Notes under the pieces: generated by a model
Databases searched by the model: none
What the model was told of the DNA's origin: nothing
The model's input: the letters and a program-made list of their open reading frames with translations, nothing else
Made by a program: the position numbers and the translations under genes
Shown: one piece after another, positions 27,710 through 37,954 of the stretch
Layout of the letters: each line of letters starts with the position of its first letter
How positions within the stretch are numbered: the stretch's first letter is position 1
Assembly: GCA_017453365.1 (NCBI GenBank)
Contig: JAFTKH010000006.1
Coordinates: forward strand, 6,321-70,320
DNA length: 64,000 bases
Reading direction: 5' to 3'
From: Clostridia bacterium
Lineage (GTDB): Bacteria > Bacillota > Clostridia > Oscillospirales > CAG-272

Positions 27710-28992
27710 CAGTCCTCCCCACCGCCGAGGCTCTCGAGCGCACCGACACGCTCCGGCTTCGAATCACCGTGGCGAACGAACAGCATAGTAACGAAGGAGA
27801 GCGCGGAGAACACCACCGCATACGGGAAGAATATTTCCCAACCGAACTCATCAACAAGAGCGCCCGAGAGAACAGGGGTGATTATCTGTGCTGCCATAGA
27901 CGCGGTGTAATAATATCCTGTATATTTACCTACGTCACCGGCCTTTGCAAGCTCAACTGCCATCGGGAAGGAATTTACGTTTATTGTTGCCCAGCCGATA
28001 CCTGCAAGAGCAAATACGGGGAACATTATAACCTCGCTCTTAACATCTGTCAAGAAGATGCCTATAAAGAATGCTACGGTCAGCATCCCAACACCTGCAA
28101 GAATGCTCTTTTTTCTACCTACCTTCGAGGATATCATACCAACAGGAATATAAGCAACGACGGCAGCGGCCTGCGCAACTATGAGCGTAGTATTAAAATC
28201 TACGTGAAGAACCTCCTGTGCATAGACCGAATACTTACTCGTTACGGCGTTATACGCAGTATACCAAAGAGCAACCGAGGCGAGAATGAATATCAGCGAC
28301 ATAAGCTCGGGACGCGTCAGCTTGCGCACGGGTGCGGCGGGCTCGGTCTTTTCCTCGATACCGTATTTTACAGTGTCCTCTTCCATTTCACGGGCCCACT
28401 CCGGCTCACGGACGGTAAGAAGAAATATGATAAGCCCCACTACCATAAGAGCGGAAACCGATATTATATACCACAAAAAGTCGCTCTTCCCCTCTTCGCC
28501 CGTATTAAAGACGATACCCAAAGCGAGGACTATAATACCGCCGGCAGTACCCATAAGATTTATCACGGCATTACCCTTCGTGCGCAGGGGCTTCACCGTT
28601 ACGTCGGGCATAAGAGCCACGGCGGGCGAGCGAAAGACCGCCATAGAGGTAAGCACCAAAAGCAATACTATGACAAAAAGAGGAAGAAGGCTCGCGTCTC
28701 TTATCAATCCGAGCGCTAAAAAAAAGACTACCGCGAGAAGGGTTCCGACAATTATAAACGGAGTTCTCTTACCCATTTTAAATTTTGCTTTATCAGAAAG
28801 GGTTCCAAAAAGCGGAAGCATAAAGAGTGCGAAGATATTGTCAAGCGACATAATAAATCCCGACGGGCCCTGGTCCATATGAAACAAATTCGTCAGAATT
28901 TTCGGCACTATCGCGTCATAGGCGCCCCAAAAGGACGTTATTATGAAAAACGCGAAGCCGACGAGTATTGTTTTTTTGTAATTCAGCTTCAT
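27709..28992 (-). CDS. MFS transporter (SLC45/GPH-like)
   Basis: About 12 predicted TM helices and a GTLSDK..FKMGKRTPFI loop motif. Its stop overlaps the GDPD start by 1 nt. Confidence 0.8.
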   Translation of the reverse strand: MKLNYKKTILVGFAFFIITSFWGAYDAIVPKILTNLFHMDQGPSGFIMSLDNIFALFMLPLFGTLSDKAKFKMGKRTPFIIVGTLLAVVFFLALGLIRDASLLPLFVIVLLLVLTSMAVFRSPAVALMPDVTVKPLRTKGNAVINLMGTAGGIIVLALGIVFNTGEEGKSDFLWYIISVSALMVVGLIIFLLTVREPEWAREMEEDTVKYGIEEKTEPAAPVRKLTRPELMSLIFILASVALWYTAYNAVTSKYSVYAQEVLHVDFNTTLIVAQAAAVVAYIPVGMISSKVGRKKSILAGVGMLTVAFFIGIFLTDVKSEVIMFPVFALAGIGWATINVNSFPMAVELAKAGDVGKYTGYYYTASMAAQIITPVLSGALVDEFGWEIFFPYAVVFSALSFVTMLFVRHGDSKPERVGALESLGGGED

Positions 28993-29107
28993 ATCAGTCT
29001 CCTAAATTAAGCTTTAGTATTAACGTAAGTATTTTAACACATAAGTAATATTTTGTCAATTGTCGGTATGGCTGCTTTATTTACTCTCCCATTTACCCCT
29101 CTTTTAA

Positions 29108-29136
29108 TTGACTTTTCTCGCGCGTTGGTGTATAAT
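29108..29136 (+). promoter_or_regulatory. Sigma-A-type promoter for ribF-prmA-rsmE
   Basis: TTGACT (29108-29113), 17-nt spacer, TATAAT (29131-29136). Confidence 0.6.
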
Positions 29137-29166
29137 GTATATCAAAAAGACAGGAAGGAGAAGGAT

Positions 29167-30078
29167 ATGAGAGTCACGGAATACAAGCTTGGCAACAGTG
29201 TGCGTTGTGACGGCTCGCATTGTGACAGTGCTGCCGTATGTCTCGGTTTCTTCGACGGGGTACACCTAGGGCACAGGGCTCTTGTCGAAGAGTGCGTTCG
29301 CTACGCGATAGAGCACGGACTCGTCCCGACCGTCTTCACCTTCCCGTCGGAGTGTGCATCTCTCAAGGGCGGCGCGCCCAGAATCTACCCGACCGAGGAG
29401 AAGCTCGCACTACTCTCTTCCCTCGGTGTCGAGCACACAGTGCTCGCAGATTTTGAAAGTGTATCGGGTCTTTCCCCTCGCGAATTTGTTAAACAGGTTC
29501 TGCTGCGGGACGTTGGTGCCGCAACCGCCCATTCGGGCTTCAGCTTCCGCTTCGGGCGCGGAGCTTCCGGAGACTTTTCTATGCTCTCGGCTCTTATGGC
29601 CGAGTATGGCAGAGCCTGCTTTGCCGTCGGGGACGTTACGCTACTCGACGCTACTGTTTCCTCGACACGGATAAGAGAAGCACTCGCATCGGGAGATATT
29701 TCTCTTGCAAGAAAGCTTCTCGGCGAGCCCTATTTTATCTCGGGTCAAGTAATACACGGTGACGGGCGCGGACATCTGTTCGGCTATCCTACGGTGAACA
29801 CTGCGCTCTCAGACCACGGGCTCTTACCCTCGGGGGTATACAAGACCGAGCTCGACATAGACGGCGTTACCTACTCCGCGCTTACAAACGTCGGCACCTG
29901 TCCTACCTTCGGTGAGAGGGAGAGACACGCAGAGACGCTCATTCTCGGCTACTCGGGCGACCTGTACGGCAGAGTGCTCAAGATACGCTTTCTTGAGTTC
30001 CTTCGCCAAGAGAAAAAATTTGAGAGCACCGAGGAGCTTTTAAAAACGATAGAAAAAGATATAAAGGGGATAGAATAA
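29167..30078 (+). CDS. ribF: Bifunctional riboflavin kinase / FMN adenylyltransferase
   Basis: GFFDGVHLGH, a C-terminal kinase domain (GDGRG..LGYPTVN, ...E.H.) and RBS AGGAAGGAG before the ATG at 29167. Confidence 0.9.
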   Translation: MRVTEYKLGNSVRCDGSHCDSAAVCLGFFDGVHLGHRALVEECVRYAIEHGLVPTVFTFPSECASLKGGAPRIYPTEEKLALLSSLGVEHTVLADFESVSGLSPREFVKQVLLRDVGAATAHSGFSFRFGRGASGDFSMLSALMAEYGRACFAVGDVTLLDATVSSTRIREALASGDISLARKLLGEPYFISGQVIHGDGRGHLFGYPTVNTALSDHGLLPSGVYKTELDIDGVTYSALTNVGTCPTFGERERHAETLILGYSGDLYGRVLKIRFLEFLRQEKKFESTEELLKTIEKDIKGIE

Positions 30079-30995
30079 TGGGCGCTTGGACTAAGCTTAC
30101 CGTAACGGGGCGCACCTGCGACCTCGACGGGATTTCGGCAATAATGAGTATGCTCGATAACGGGCTGATGATAGAGGATTACAGCGACTTTTCACTAAAC
30201 GGAATGTACGGCGAGCTCGTCGACGAGAGCATTCTGAATGCCGACCGCGAGACCGTCAAGGTCTCGATATTCGTACCCGAGGAAAAGAATCTCTTCGAAT
30301 ACCGCGCCTTTATCGACGAGAGGCTTGCGTCACTCGGTATCGCGGCTGCGGTCTCGGCAGAGGGACTTCGCGAGGAGGACTGGGCGGAGGCGTGGAAGCA
30401 ATACTACAAGCCCGTAAAGCTTGGCAGAGTGACCGTCGTGCCCGCATGGGAGAAATACGAGGCAGAGGACGGAGAAGTCACGGTACGTATGGATCCCGGA
30501 ATGGCCTTCGGCACGGGAACGCACGAGACGACGAGGCTCATTATACGCGAGATGCAGAAGCTCGAGCTCTCGGGTGCGAGAGTGCTCGATATAGGCACAG
30601 GCTCGGGTATTCTCTCGATATGCGCATCGGCGCTTGGCGCTCGCGAGTGCTTCGCCTATGATATCGACCCCGTGGCGGTAAGGGTAGCGAGGGACAATTG
30701 CCTCTCCAGCGGCTATAATAACATAACCGTCGACACCTCCGACCTCTTGACGAACGTCGATAAGAGTGAAAAATACGATATATGCTTCGCGAATATCGTC
30801 GCGGAGATAATTATAAGAATGCTGCCTGACCTCAGCAGTCACCTCGCGCCGGAAGCGCCCGTTATTCTCTCGGGTATCATCGCACCGTCCGAGGGCGAAG
30901 TTATCGCGGCAGCCGAGAAATATGGCTACGAGGTGACGGGCAGAGCCGTCGAGAACGACTGGGTATCTCTGACGATAAAGAAGAGAAAAAGTTAA
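30078..30995 (+). CDS. prmA: Ribosomal protein L11 methyltransferase
   Basis: WKQYYKP..., MDPGMAFGTGTHETT, DIGTGSGIL. Confidence 0.9.
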   Translation: MGAWTKLTVTGRTCDLDGISAIMSMLDNGLMIEDYSDFSLNGMYGELVDESILNADRETVKVSIFVPEEKNLFEYRAFIDERLASLGIAAAVSAEGLREEDWAEAWKQYYKPVKLGRVTVVPAWEKYEAEDGEVTVRMDPGMAFGTGTHETTRLIIREMQKLELSGARVLDIGTGSGILSICASALGARECFAYDIDPVAVRVARDNCLSSGYNNITVDTSDLLTNVDKSEKYDICFANIVAEIIIRMLPDLSSHLAPEAPVILSGIIAPSEGEVIAAAEKYGYEVTGRAVENDWVSLTIKKRKS

Positions 30996-31011
30996 TAAAT
31001 TCGGGGGTATT

Positions 31012-31749
31012 ATGCCTAGATTTTTTGTAAATGAGGAAAGCATAGACAAAAAGAGCGGCACGGCAGTCATTGTCGGAGACGACGCAAGGCACATAGCACG
31101 CTCGCTCCGCATGGCGGTCGGCGACGGGCTCACCGTCTCTGACGGCGTCGGCACGGACTACGAATGCACGCTCACATACATACGTGACGAGGAGTGCAGA
31201 CTGAAAATAGAGAGCTCCTCCCTCTCGATCGCCGAGTCGCCAGCGGACATCACGCTCTATATGGCGTATCCAAAATCGGACAAGCTCGAGCTGGTGGTAC
31301 AGAAGGGGGTGGAGCTCGGCGCTCTGCGCATAGTACCATTCGTCTCCGAGCGGTGCATAAAGCGCCCGAAGGCGGAGAAGGAAGAGAAGCAGACCGAACG
31401 CCTTAAAAGAATTGCGGAAGAGGCGGCAAAGCAGTGCGGCCGCGCACGGCTGCCGGATGTGACGGCGCCGATAACCTTTCGCGAGCTGCTTCTTCACATA
31501 AATGAGGAGGAGCTTACTCTGTTTTGCTACGAGGGTGATGGGACGGAGTCCCTCTCTGCGGTTTTGTCAGAGAAAAAGGCCAAAAGAATTGCCGTCGTCG
31601 TCGGCTCGGAGGGCGGATTCACAAAGGCAGAGGCCTGTGCTGCGGAAGCAGCGGGTGCTAGGCTTGTAAACCTCGGGCCGCGCATTCTGCGCTGTGAAAC
31701 GGCACCCGTATACTGCCTTTCGGCAATTTCGTTTACACTTGAGCTCTGA
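31012..31749 (+). CDS. rsmE: 16S rRNA (uracil1498-N3)-methyltransferase
   Basis: MPRFFV...ARHI.RSLRM PUA-like N-terminus and a SPOUT C-terminus (VVGSEGGF...LGPRILR.ETA). Confidence 0.9.
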   Translation: MPRFFVNEESIDKKSGTAVIVGDDARHIARSLRMAVGDGLTVSDGVGTDYECTLTYIRDEECRLKIESSSLSIAESPADITLYMAYPKSDKLELVVQKGVELGALRIVPFVSERCIKRPKAEKEEKQTERLKRIAEEAAKQCGRARLPDVTAPITFRELLLHINEEELTLFCYEGDGTESLSAVLSEKKAKRIAVVVGSEGGFTKAEACAAEAAGARLVNLGPRILRCETAPVYCLSAISFTLEL

Positions 31750-31849
31750 TATATCGTGACAGATTTTTCCAATTTACTTTTTTGTGGGATATTTCACAAT
31801 TTTTTTGTAACTTTTTTGTATTATTTATCGATATTTTTTTGAAAAACTA

Positions 31850-31878
31850 TTGAAATTTATCTAAAAATCAGTTACAAT
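31850..31878 (+). promoter_or_regulatory. Sigma-A-type promoter
   Basis: TTGAAA (31850-31855), 17-nt spacer, TACAAT (31873-31878) in a very A+T-rich spacer. Confidence 0.5.
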
Positions 31879-31949
31879 ATAGTACAGTATTAACAAATCC
31901 ACGGGGAAACCCTTGTTTTTTTATTTTTTGAAAGGAAAGGTTTCACGAT

Positions 31950-33035
31950 ATGTCAAACCGCTTGTTCCAGACAGTAATACATCAGATGAAGGACGTCGTC
32001 GGCCGTACAATAGGTGTTATTGATGAAAACGGTATTATCGTCGCTTGCAGTGAGATAGGTAAGATTGGAGAGTCTCGTCAGCGCATAAGAGAGGAGCTCG
32101 CATACTCGGGAGATACCCTTATATTCGAGCACTACACGTACCGCTTCTTCTCTCCCCAGAGTAAGTTCCAGTCGATAGTCTTCGTAGAGGGCGAGGATAA
32201 AGAGGCTGACAGAGCAGTCAAGATGCTTGCTATCTCGCTCGGCAGTATGAAGAACCTTTACGACGAGAAGTACGATAAGGGCTCGTTTATAAAAAATATA
32301 ATTCTCGATAACATACTTCCCAATGATATATACATAAAATCCAACGAGCTTCATATGAATAATGAAGGGCGCCGCGCGGTTATGGTAGTTAAGCTTGAGG
32401 GTCACACCGAGCTTGCCCCATACGAGATGATACAGAACCTCGTAGCAGACGCCGCGAAGGACTACGTTATCAACATAAGCGAACAGGACACGGTCATCGT
32501 AAAGGAGCTCGCAGAGGATGAGGACGAGGAAACTCTCGAACACGAAGCGGCAGGGCTTATTGCAAAGGCCGCCGAGGAATACGGAGTCAAGATGCTCGTG
32601 GGTATATCCTCGACCGTCGAAAAGCTCAAGGATCTCGCACGTGCCTACAAGGAAGCAAGAATATCCCTCGAGGTCGGCAAAGTGTTCGATATAGAGCACC
32701 CTGTTATGTCGTATGAAAACCTTGGTATAGGAAGACTTATATATCAGCTACCCGCAACTCTTTGCGAGATATTCTTAAGCGAGGTGTTCAAGCGCGGGTC
32801 GCTCGAGTCGCTCGACCGCGAAACACTTATGACCGTGCAGAGCTTCTTTGAAAACAACCTTAACGTATCGGAGACGTCAAGAAAGCTTTTCGTACACAGA
32901 AACACTCTCGTTTACAGACTCGAGAAGATAAGAAAGCTTACGGGACTTGACCTTCGCGAGTTTGACCACGCCGTGACCTTCAAGGTTGCTCTTATGGTCA
33001 AGAAATATTTGACTAACAAACCGACTAAATTCTGA
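31950..33035 (+). CDS. PucR/CdaR family transcriptional regulator
   Basis: C-terminal PucR-type HTH (NLNVSETSRKLFVHRNTLVYRLEKIRKLTGLDLR). Confidence 0.8.
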   Translation: MSNRLFQTVIHQMKDVVGRTIGVIDENGIIVACSEIGKIGESRQRIREELAYSGDTLIFEHYTYRFFSPQSKFQSIVFVEGEDKEADRAVKMLAISLGSMKNLYDEKYDKGSFIKNIILDNILPNDIYIKSNELHMNNEGRRAVMVVKLEGHTELAPYEMIQNLVADAAKDYVINISEQDTVIVKELAEDEDEETLEHEAAGLIAKAAEEYGVKMLVGISSTVEKLKDLARAYKEARISLEVGKVFDIEHPVMSYENLGIGRLIYQLPATLCEIFLSEVFKRGSLESLDRETLMTVQSFFENNLNVSETSRKLFVHRNTLVYRLEKIRKLTGLDLREFDHAVTFKVALMVKKYLTNKPTKF

Positions 33036-33175
33036 TTTCTTTTGAATATTGTATTCCGAGGCTGTCGCAAATTTATATTTGCGGCGGCCCCTTTGAGACT
33101 TGACGGGGTTGTGCGAAGACTTGTCTTGCGGCGATATTTGATGTTTTTTGCAGATTATGGGGGCGATTTGGTATT

Positions 33176-34546
33176 ATGAATATGAAAAAAACAAAAAACG
33201 CCGAGCACACCGCTCGAATAATCGTTCTCATACTTTTCGTATGTCTTGTTCTCTCGCTGTCGGTGTGCGCCGTTATATTTTCGGCAATAGGTGGCGGAGA
33301 ACCCCTGCCGCGTGAGGAAATCGCAGAGAACGTCGAGGAGCTCCGTTCCCATGACACGGGACGGTCGAGCGCCGCGGCCTACCTCGGTGACCTCGGAATA
33401 TCCGGCTTTGACGCACTAAAACTGAAGACTGTCGAGAGATATTTTAAAAGCTACTCCGACCTTACGCTCCCAACAGACCGCGAGCTGGCTATACTGACCG
33501 CAGAATATTTCCTGGATTTTTATTACGATAGCGTAGACCTCTCGGACAGGGCGGCTCTGACCGATGCTCTTCTCGTATGCTACGTGGATGCCACGGGCGA
33601 CAAATACGCCTTCTACCGAACCAAGGAGCAGTACGAGGAATATAACGAAGAGATGTCAGGTAGCTTCGTCGGAATTGGTATAAGAGTTATATACGACGAA
33701 AACGACAAAACGCTTCTCATTACCGACGTTATAAATGACTCACCTGCCGAAGCCGCTGGCTTTCTCAAGGGTGATTATATTCACGCAGTAGACGGCAAAA
33801 CGCTTGCCGAGCTGGGATACGATGCGACGGTATCCGCCATACGAGGCGAGGCCGGCACGGACGTGAATGTAACCGTGCTTCGCGGGAGTGAATACGTCGA
33901 CCTTACCGCAACGCGAGCATCCGTCGTTGACGTCAGTGTCGAATATTCGCTCGACGGGGATGGCATCGGATATATTGCAATCTCCTCGTTCAAGGAAAAC
34001 ACACCCGAGCAGTTCTACCGTGCCGTGGATTATATGATGGAAAATGGCGCTGTCGGAATTATCTTCGACCTTCGCGACAACCCCGGCGGTTATCTTATTT
34101 CCGTTGTTGATATGATAGATTACCTTGCGCCCGAGGGTGCAAGAATTGCCTCGTACGTCTCTCGCGCCGACGGTGAAACGGTTTACATCTCTGACGACGG
34201 ACACGGACTCGCCCTTCCCATTACGGTAATATTCAACGAAAACACTGCGTCTGCCGGAGAACTTTTCGCCGCAGCTATACGCGACTACGGCGATATGGGC
34301 TATTTTCCCGTCACGACCGTGGGCGAGGTGACGTATGCGAAGGGAGTTATGCAGTCTACCGTATACTTAAGTGACTATTCCGCCCTGACCTTCACAGTCG
34401 CGCACTACAATCCTCCCTCGAACGTAAACTACGACGGCATAGGTGTTATACCCGACGTCGAGGTTTTGGAGAGCGACGACGGCACGGATGCACAGCTTGA
34501 GTGCGCCTACAGCGAGCTTTTGGTTCTTATCGGAGCACAGAATTAA
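33176..34546 (+). CDS. S41 family C-terminal processing peptidase with PDZ domain
   Basis: N-terminal anchor, GIGI...PDZ (SPAEAAGFLKGDYI), DLRDNPGG and NENTASAGE (catalytic Ser). Confidence 0.85.
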   Translation: MNMKKTKNAEHTARIIVLILFVCLVLSLSVCAVIFSAIGGGEPLPREEIAENVEELRSHDTGRSSAAAYLGDLGISGFDALKLKTVERYFKSYSDLTLPTDRELAILTAEYFLDFYYDSVDLSDRAALTDALLVCYVDATGDKYAFYRTKEQYEEYNEEMSGSFVGIGIRVIYDENDKTLLITDVINDSPAEAAGFLKGDYIHAVDGKTLAELGYDATVSAIRGEAGTDVNVTVLRGSEYVDLTATRASVVDVSVEYSLDGDGIGYIAISSFKENTPEQFYRAVDYMMENGAVGIIFDLRDNPGGYLISVVDMIDYLAPEGARIASYVSRADGETVYISDDGHGLALPITVIFNENTASAGELFAAAIRDYGDMGYFPVTTVGEVTYAKGVMQSTVYLSDYSALTFTVAHYNPPSNVNYDGIGVIPDVEVLESDDGTDAQLECAYSELLVLIGAQN

Positions 34547-34591
34547 TTTTGAAAACAAAAATATACATTATAGACACAGGAGATACACAAA

Positions 34592-35071
34592 ATGGAACAA
34601 AAACTCTACACGCCCCAGGGCTTTAAGGCTCTTCAGGACGAGCTCGACTACCTCATCAACGTAAAGGTAGAGGAGAATAAAAAGGAGATATCGAAGGCTC
34701 GCGCATACGGCGACCTCTCCGAGAACAGCGAATACGATGCGGCAAAGCAGGAGCAGGCTGTAATCCACGCGAGAATTGACGAGCTCCGCGAGATGATTGT
34801 TAACGCGAAGGTTATTGACGAGTCGCAAATAGATGAATCGAGAATAAGCGTAGGCTCCGTGGTTGTTCTCTTCAACGTTGAGAGAAACCGCGAGTTCACC
34901 TATCACATAGTCGGCTCCTACGAGACCGACCCCGCGAACGGAAAGATTTCCGATTCCTCTCCAATTGGCGCGGCCCTTCTCGGTGCCCGTGAGGGCGAAG
35001 AGGTAACCGTCGAGGGTGCAAGAGTACAGCATCTTCGTATTCTCTCCGTATCGAGAGCAAAAGAAAACTGA
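34592..35071 (+). CDS. greA: Transcription elongation factor GreA
   Basis: GDLSENSEYDAAK coiled-coil tip motif and the ISDSSPIGAALLG C-terminal domain. Confidence 0.95.
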   Translation: MEQKLYTPQGFKALQDELDYLINVKVEENKKEISKARAYGDLSENSEYDAAKQEQAVIHARIDELREMIVNAKVIDESQIDESRISVGSVVVLFNVERNREFTYHIVGSYETDPANGKISDSSPIGAALLGAREGEEVTVEGARVQHLRILSVSRAKEN

Positions 35072-35115
35072 TTTCTCAAACGATTTTCAAGGTCTTATGG
35101 AAGGACGCTAAAAAT

Positions 35116-36618
35116 ATGGACAACAACACCCAGAACTCAACCAACGAGCTCGTAGTAAGACGCGAAAAGCTCGAAGCTCTGAAGGCGGCAGGCAACAACC
35201 CCTTCACCATAACCAAATATGAGGTGACTCACGAGGCCCCCTGTGCTATAGCACAGTTTGAGGAGCGCGAAGCGGAGATAACGGAGGATAACCCCTTCGC
35301 AGTCCGCGTTGCGGGAAGGCTCGTATCGCGCAGAATTATGGGAAAGGCATCCTTTGCGCACCTTCAGGACGGCGCAGGAAAAATACAGCTCTACGTCGCA
35401 CGTGACGGCATCGGAGAGGACTCCTATGCCGCATTCAAGAAGATGGATGTCGGAGATATAGTGGGAGTCGAGGGACGCCTTTTCCGCACGAGGACGGGAG
35501 AGGTTTCCGTACACGCAACGTCGCTTATTCTTCTTTCGAAGTCGCTCCTGCCCCTTCCCGAGAAATTCCACGGTCTTACCAATCTTGAACAGAGATACAG
35601 ACAGAGATACGTTGACCTTATCGTCAATCCCGAGGTAAAGGACACCTTTACGAAGCGCTCAAAGATACTTAAGCTGATAAGACAGTATCTTGACGACAAG
35701 GGCTTCCTCGAGGTTGACACCCCGATACTTCTCCCTCTTGAGATAGGCGCAAACGCGCGACCGTTCGTGACGCATCACAACACTCTCGACATCGATATGT
35801 ATCTTCGTATTGAAACCGAGCTTTACTTAAAGAGACTGATTGTCGGCGGTATGCACAAGGTATACGAGGTCGGCAGAATATTCAGAAACGAGGGAATGGA
35901 CCAGAAGCACAATCCCGAGTTTACGACGATTGAGCTCTACCAGGCGTTCACCGATTACTACGGTATGATGGACCTCGTTGAGGAGCTTTACAAGATGCTC
36001 GCGGAGCAGGTATGCGGCAGCACAAAGATAACCTACCAGGGCACCGAGATAGACCTCGGGCATTGGGAGAGGCTCACTATGGTCGAGGCTGTGAAGAAAT
36101 ATGCCGGCGTCGACTACTACTCGTGGACGGGCGACGAGGACGCCCGCGCATCGGCGAAGACTCTCCACGTTGAGGTGCCCGAGGATGCAACTGCGGGCAC
36201 GGTGCTCGTCGAGCTGTTTGATGCATTCGTTGAGGACAAGCTCGTTCAGCCCACTTTTATATACGACTATCCGGTAGAAAACAGCCCTCTTGCAAAGAGA
36301 AAGCCCGAGGACCCAAGATTTACCGAAAGATTTGAGTATTTCATAAACTGCACCGAGTACGGTAACGCCTTCTCGGAGCTTAACGACCCAATCGACCAAA
36401 AAGAGCGCTTCGAGCGTCAGGTCGAAGCAAAGAGACGTGAAAACCCGAACACAACCGCAGAGGTCGACTACGACTACGTAACGGCACTCGAGTACGGTCT
36501 GCCCCCGACAGGCGGTCTTGGCTTCGGCGTCGACAGACTGGTAATGCTGCTCACCGACTCGGCATCAATAAGGGACATTTTATTGTTCCCAACGATGAAG
36601 CCGGAAGCAAATAATTAA
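35116..36618 (+). CDS. lysS: Lysine--tRNA ligase (class II)
   Basis: OB-fold N-domain, RYRQRYVDL, FRNEG (motif 2) and GGLGFGVDRL (motif 3). Confidence 0.97.
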   Translation: MDNNTQNSTNELVVRREKLEALKAAGNNPFTITKYEVTHEAPCAIAQFEEREAEITEDNPFAVRVAGRLVSRRIMGKASFAHLQDGAGKIQLYVARDGIGEDSYAAFKKMDVGDIVGVEGRLFRTRTGEVSVHATSLILLSKSLLPLPEKFHGLTNLEQRYRQRYVDLIVNPEVKDTFTKRSKILKLIRQYLDDKGFLEVDTPILLPLEIGANARPFVTHHNTLDIDMYLRIETELYLKRLIVGGMHKVYEVGRIFRNEGMDQKHNPEFTTIELYQAFTDYYGMMDLVEELYKMLAEQVCGSTKITYQGTEIDLGHWERLTMVEAVKKYAGVDYYSWTGDEDARASAKTLHVEVPEDATAGTVLVELFDAFVEDKLVQPTFIYDYPVENSPLAKRKPEDPRFTERFEYFINCTEYGNAFSELNDPIDQKERFERQVEAKRRENPNTTAEVDYDYVTALEYGLPPTGGLGFGVDRLVMLLTDSASIRDILLFPTMKPEANN

Positions 36619-36628
36619 ATCAAAACAA

Positions 36629-36672
36629 ACAGCTATGAGACATGCGTTTTTTGCCGTTCATAGCTGTTTTTG
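36629..36672 (+). terminator. Rho-independent terminator of greA-lysS
   Basis: Stem ACAGCTATGA/TCATAGCTGT followed by TTTTT. Confidence 0.8.
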
Positions 36673-36826
36673 ATACACTTTATCGCACAAGGCGTACGGC
36701 TTGCTTTTTCGCAAGAATACTGTATAACAAAATCAACGGAGCGTTTAGCTCATGTTTCTTACAAGTATATTCAAAAACACGGTATTTTTTGATATACTTA
36801 TGGTAACGAATTGTAGGAGGAGCTTT

Positions 36827-37954
36827 ATGCAACATTCTATTGGAAAAACTATAAAGGAGCTTCGCAAAAGCCGTGGTCTTACACAAGAGGAGCTTGCAGA
36901 AAAAATCGGCGTTACTGCTCAAGCAATATCGAAATGGGAAAACGAAAGCGGTATGCCCGACTTATCGCAAATTGTTCCCCTTGCGCACGTGTTTGGTGTT
37001 AGTGCGGACACCATTCTCGGAACTGGAGATATCAAGAAAAACGAGGACGTTTCGGAAATCATGAGGAGAGCGCAAAGCAAGCTCACCTTCCCCTTAACAA
37101 CCGAGTGTCTGACCGATAAATATAACGTGCTTCTTGAGGGGTTAAAGATTTATCCCAACAACTTTACTCTTATTCTTCAATGTATGGAGCTTGAAATTTC
37201 TCTCGCTTATCCGGCAAATCCTATTTATGATGAGAAAAACGCCAAAGCTCTTTACGAGTCGTGCGAAAGACATGCAAATACAATCTTCTCGTACGATGAT
37301 AACGTAAACCGTATACTCAGAGCTAGAATGATAATGCTTATGCTCCACTCAGCTAACGGTAAATTTGAAGAAGCAAGAAGGCAAGCTGAAAAATTTCCGT
37401 CAAGGGCAGATTTCAATATCCATAAAATGTACTCCATTCACGCACATTGGCAGAAGGATTACAAGACCGAGATCACAAGCTGGCAGTTTTATATAATGAA
37501 TTTACTCCACGCCCTTCTGTACGGTGCAGTCAGTCTCGGCAAGGCTTATGATCTGACAGAAGAACCTGACAAAGCGATGGATATATATCAACGTCTGATA
37601 AAAATGCTCGACGTTATATTTGAAGGCGAGACAAAGATGCCCTTCCACCACGTTGAAGGCGGTGATATCTACGTTCTGCTTGCGGAAAAAGCGATGGAGT
37701 TTGGCAACTCAGAGCTTGCGCTTGACTCTCTTGAGAAAGCAATCAACTATGACATCAAGGATAAAGAGGAGCTTATCACATCAGGTTTTAAAATCGAATC
37801 TCCGTTTCTTTCTAATGTGGGTAGCCGTTTAGGTGACAGATTCCAGAACCTTGAAGAAATAATGACAAATGAATGCTTTGCACCATTACGAGATAACGAA
37901 AGATACAAAAAAATGTTAAGCGAAATTGAGGAATTTAACAAGAGGTCGAAATAA
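36827..37954 (+). CDS. XRE-type HTH regulator with an all-helical TPR-like C-terminal domain (RRNPP-like architecture)
   Basis: N-terminal IKELRKSRGLTQEELAEKIGVTAQAISKWENE, followed by about 300 aa of helical-repeat-like sequence. ATG at 36827 preceded by AGGAGG. Possible promoter TTCAAA-17-TATACT at 36770-36798. Confidence 0.75.
   Translation: MQHSIGKTIKELRKSRGLTQEELAEKIGVTAQAISKWENESGMPDLSQIVPLAHVFGVSADTILGTGDIKKNEDVSEIMRRAQSKLTFPLTTECLTDKYNVLLEGLKIYPNNFTLILQCMELEISLAYPANPIYDEKNAKALYESCERHANTIFSYDDNVNRILRARMIMLMLHSANGKFEEARRQAEKFPSRADFNIHKMYSIHAHWQKDYKTEITSWQFYIMNLLHALLYGAVSLGKAYDLTEEPDKAMDIYQRLIKMLDVIFEGETKMPFHHVEGGDIYVLLAEKAMEFGNSELALDSLEKAINYDIKDKEELITSGFKIESPFLSNVGSRLGDRFQNLEEIMTNECFAPLRDNERYKKMLSEIEEFNKRSK

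Noticed and set aside
27769-28719. 316-aa + strand ORF (and the 28286-28882 ORF)
   Set aside because: Antisense to the MFS transporter, with a basic low-complexity translation and no RBS.
36680-36922. 80-aa minus-strand ORF overlapping the HTH-TPR gene start
   Set aside because: Antisense to a well-supported HTH N-terminus, with no RBS and an A+T-rich chance ORF.
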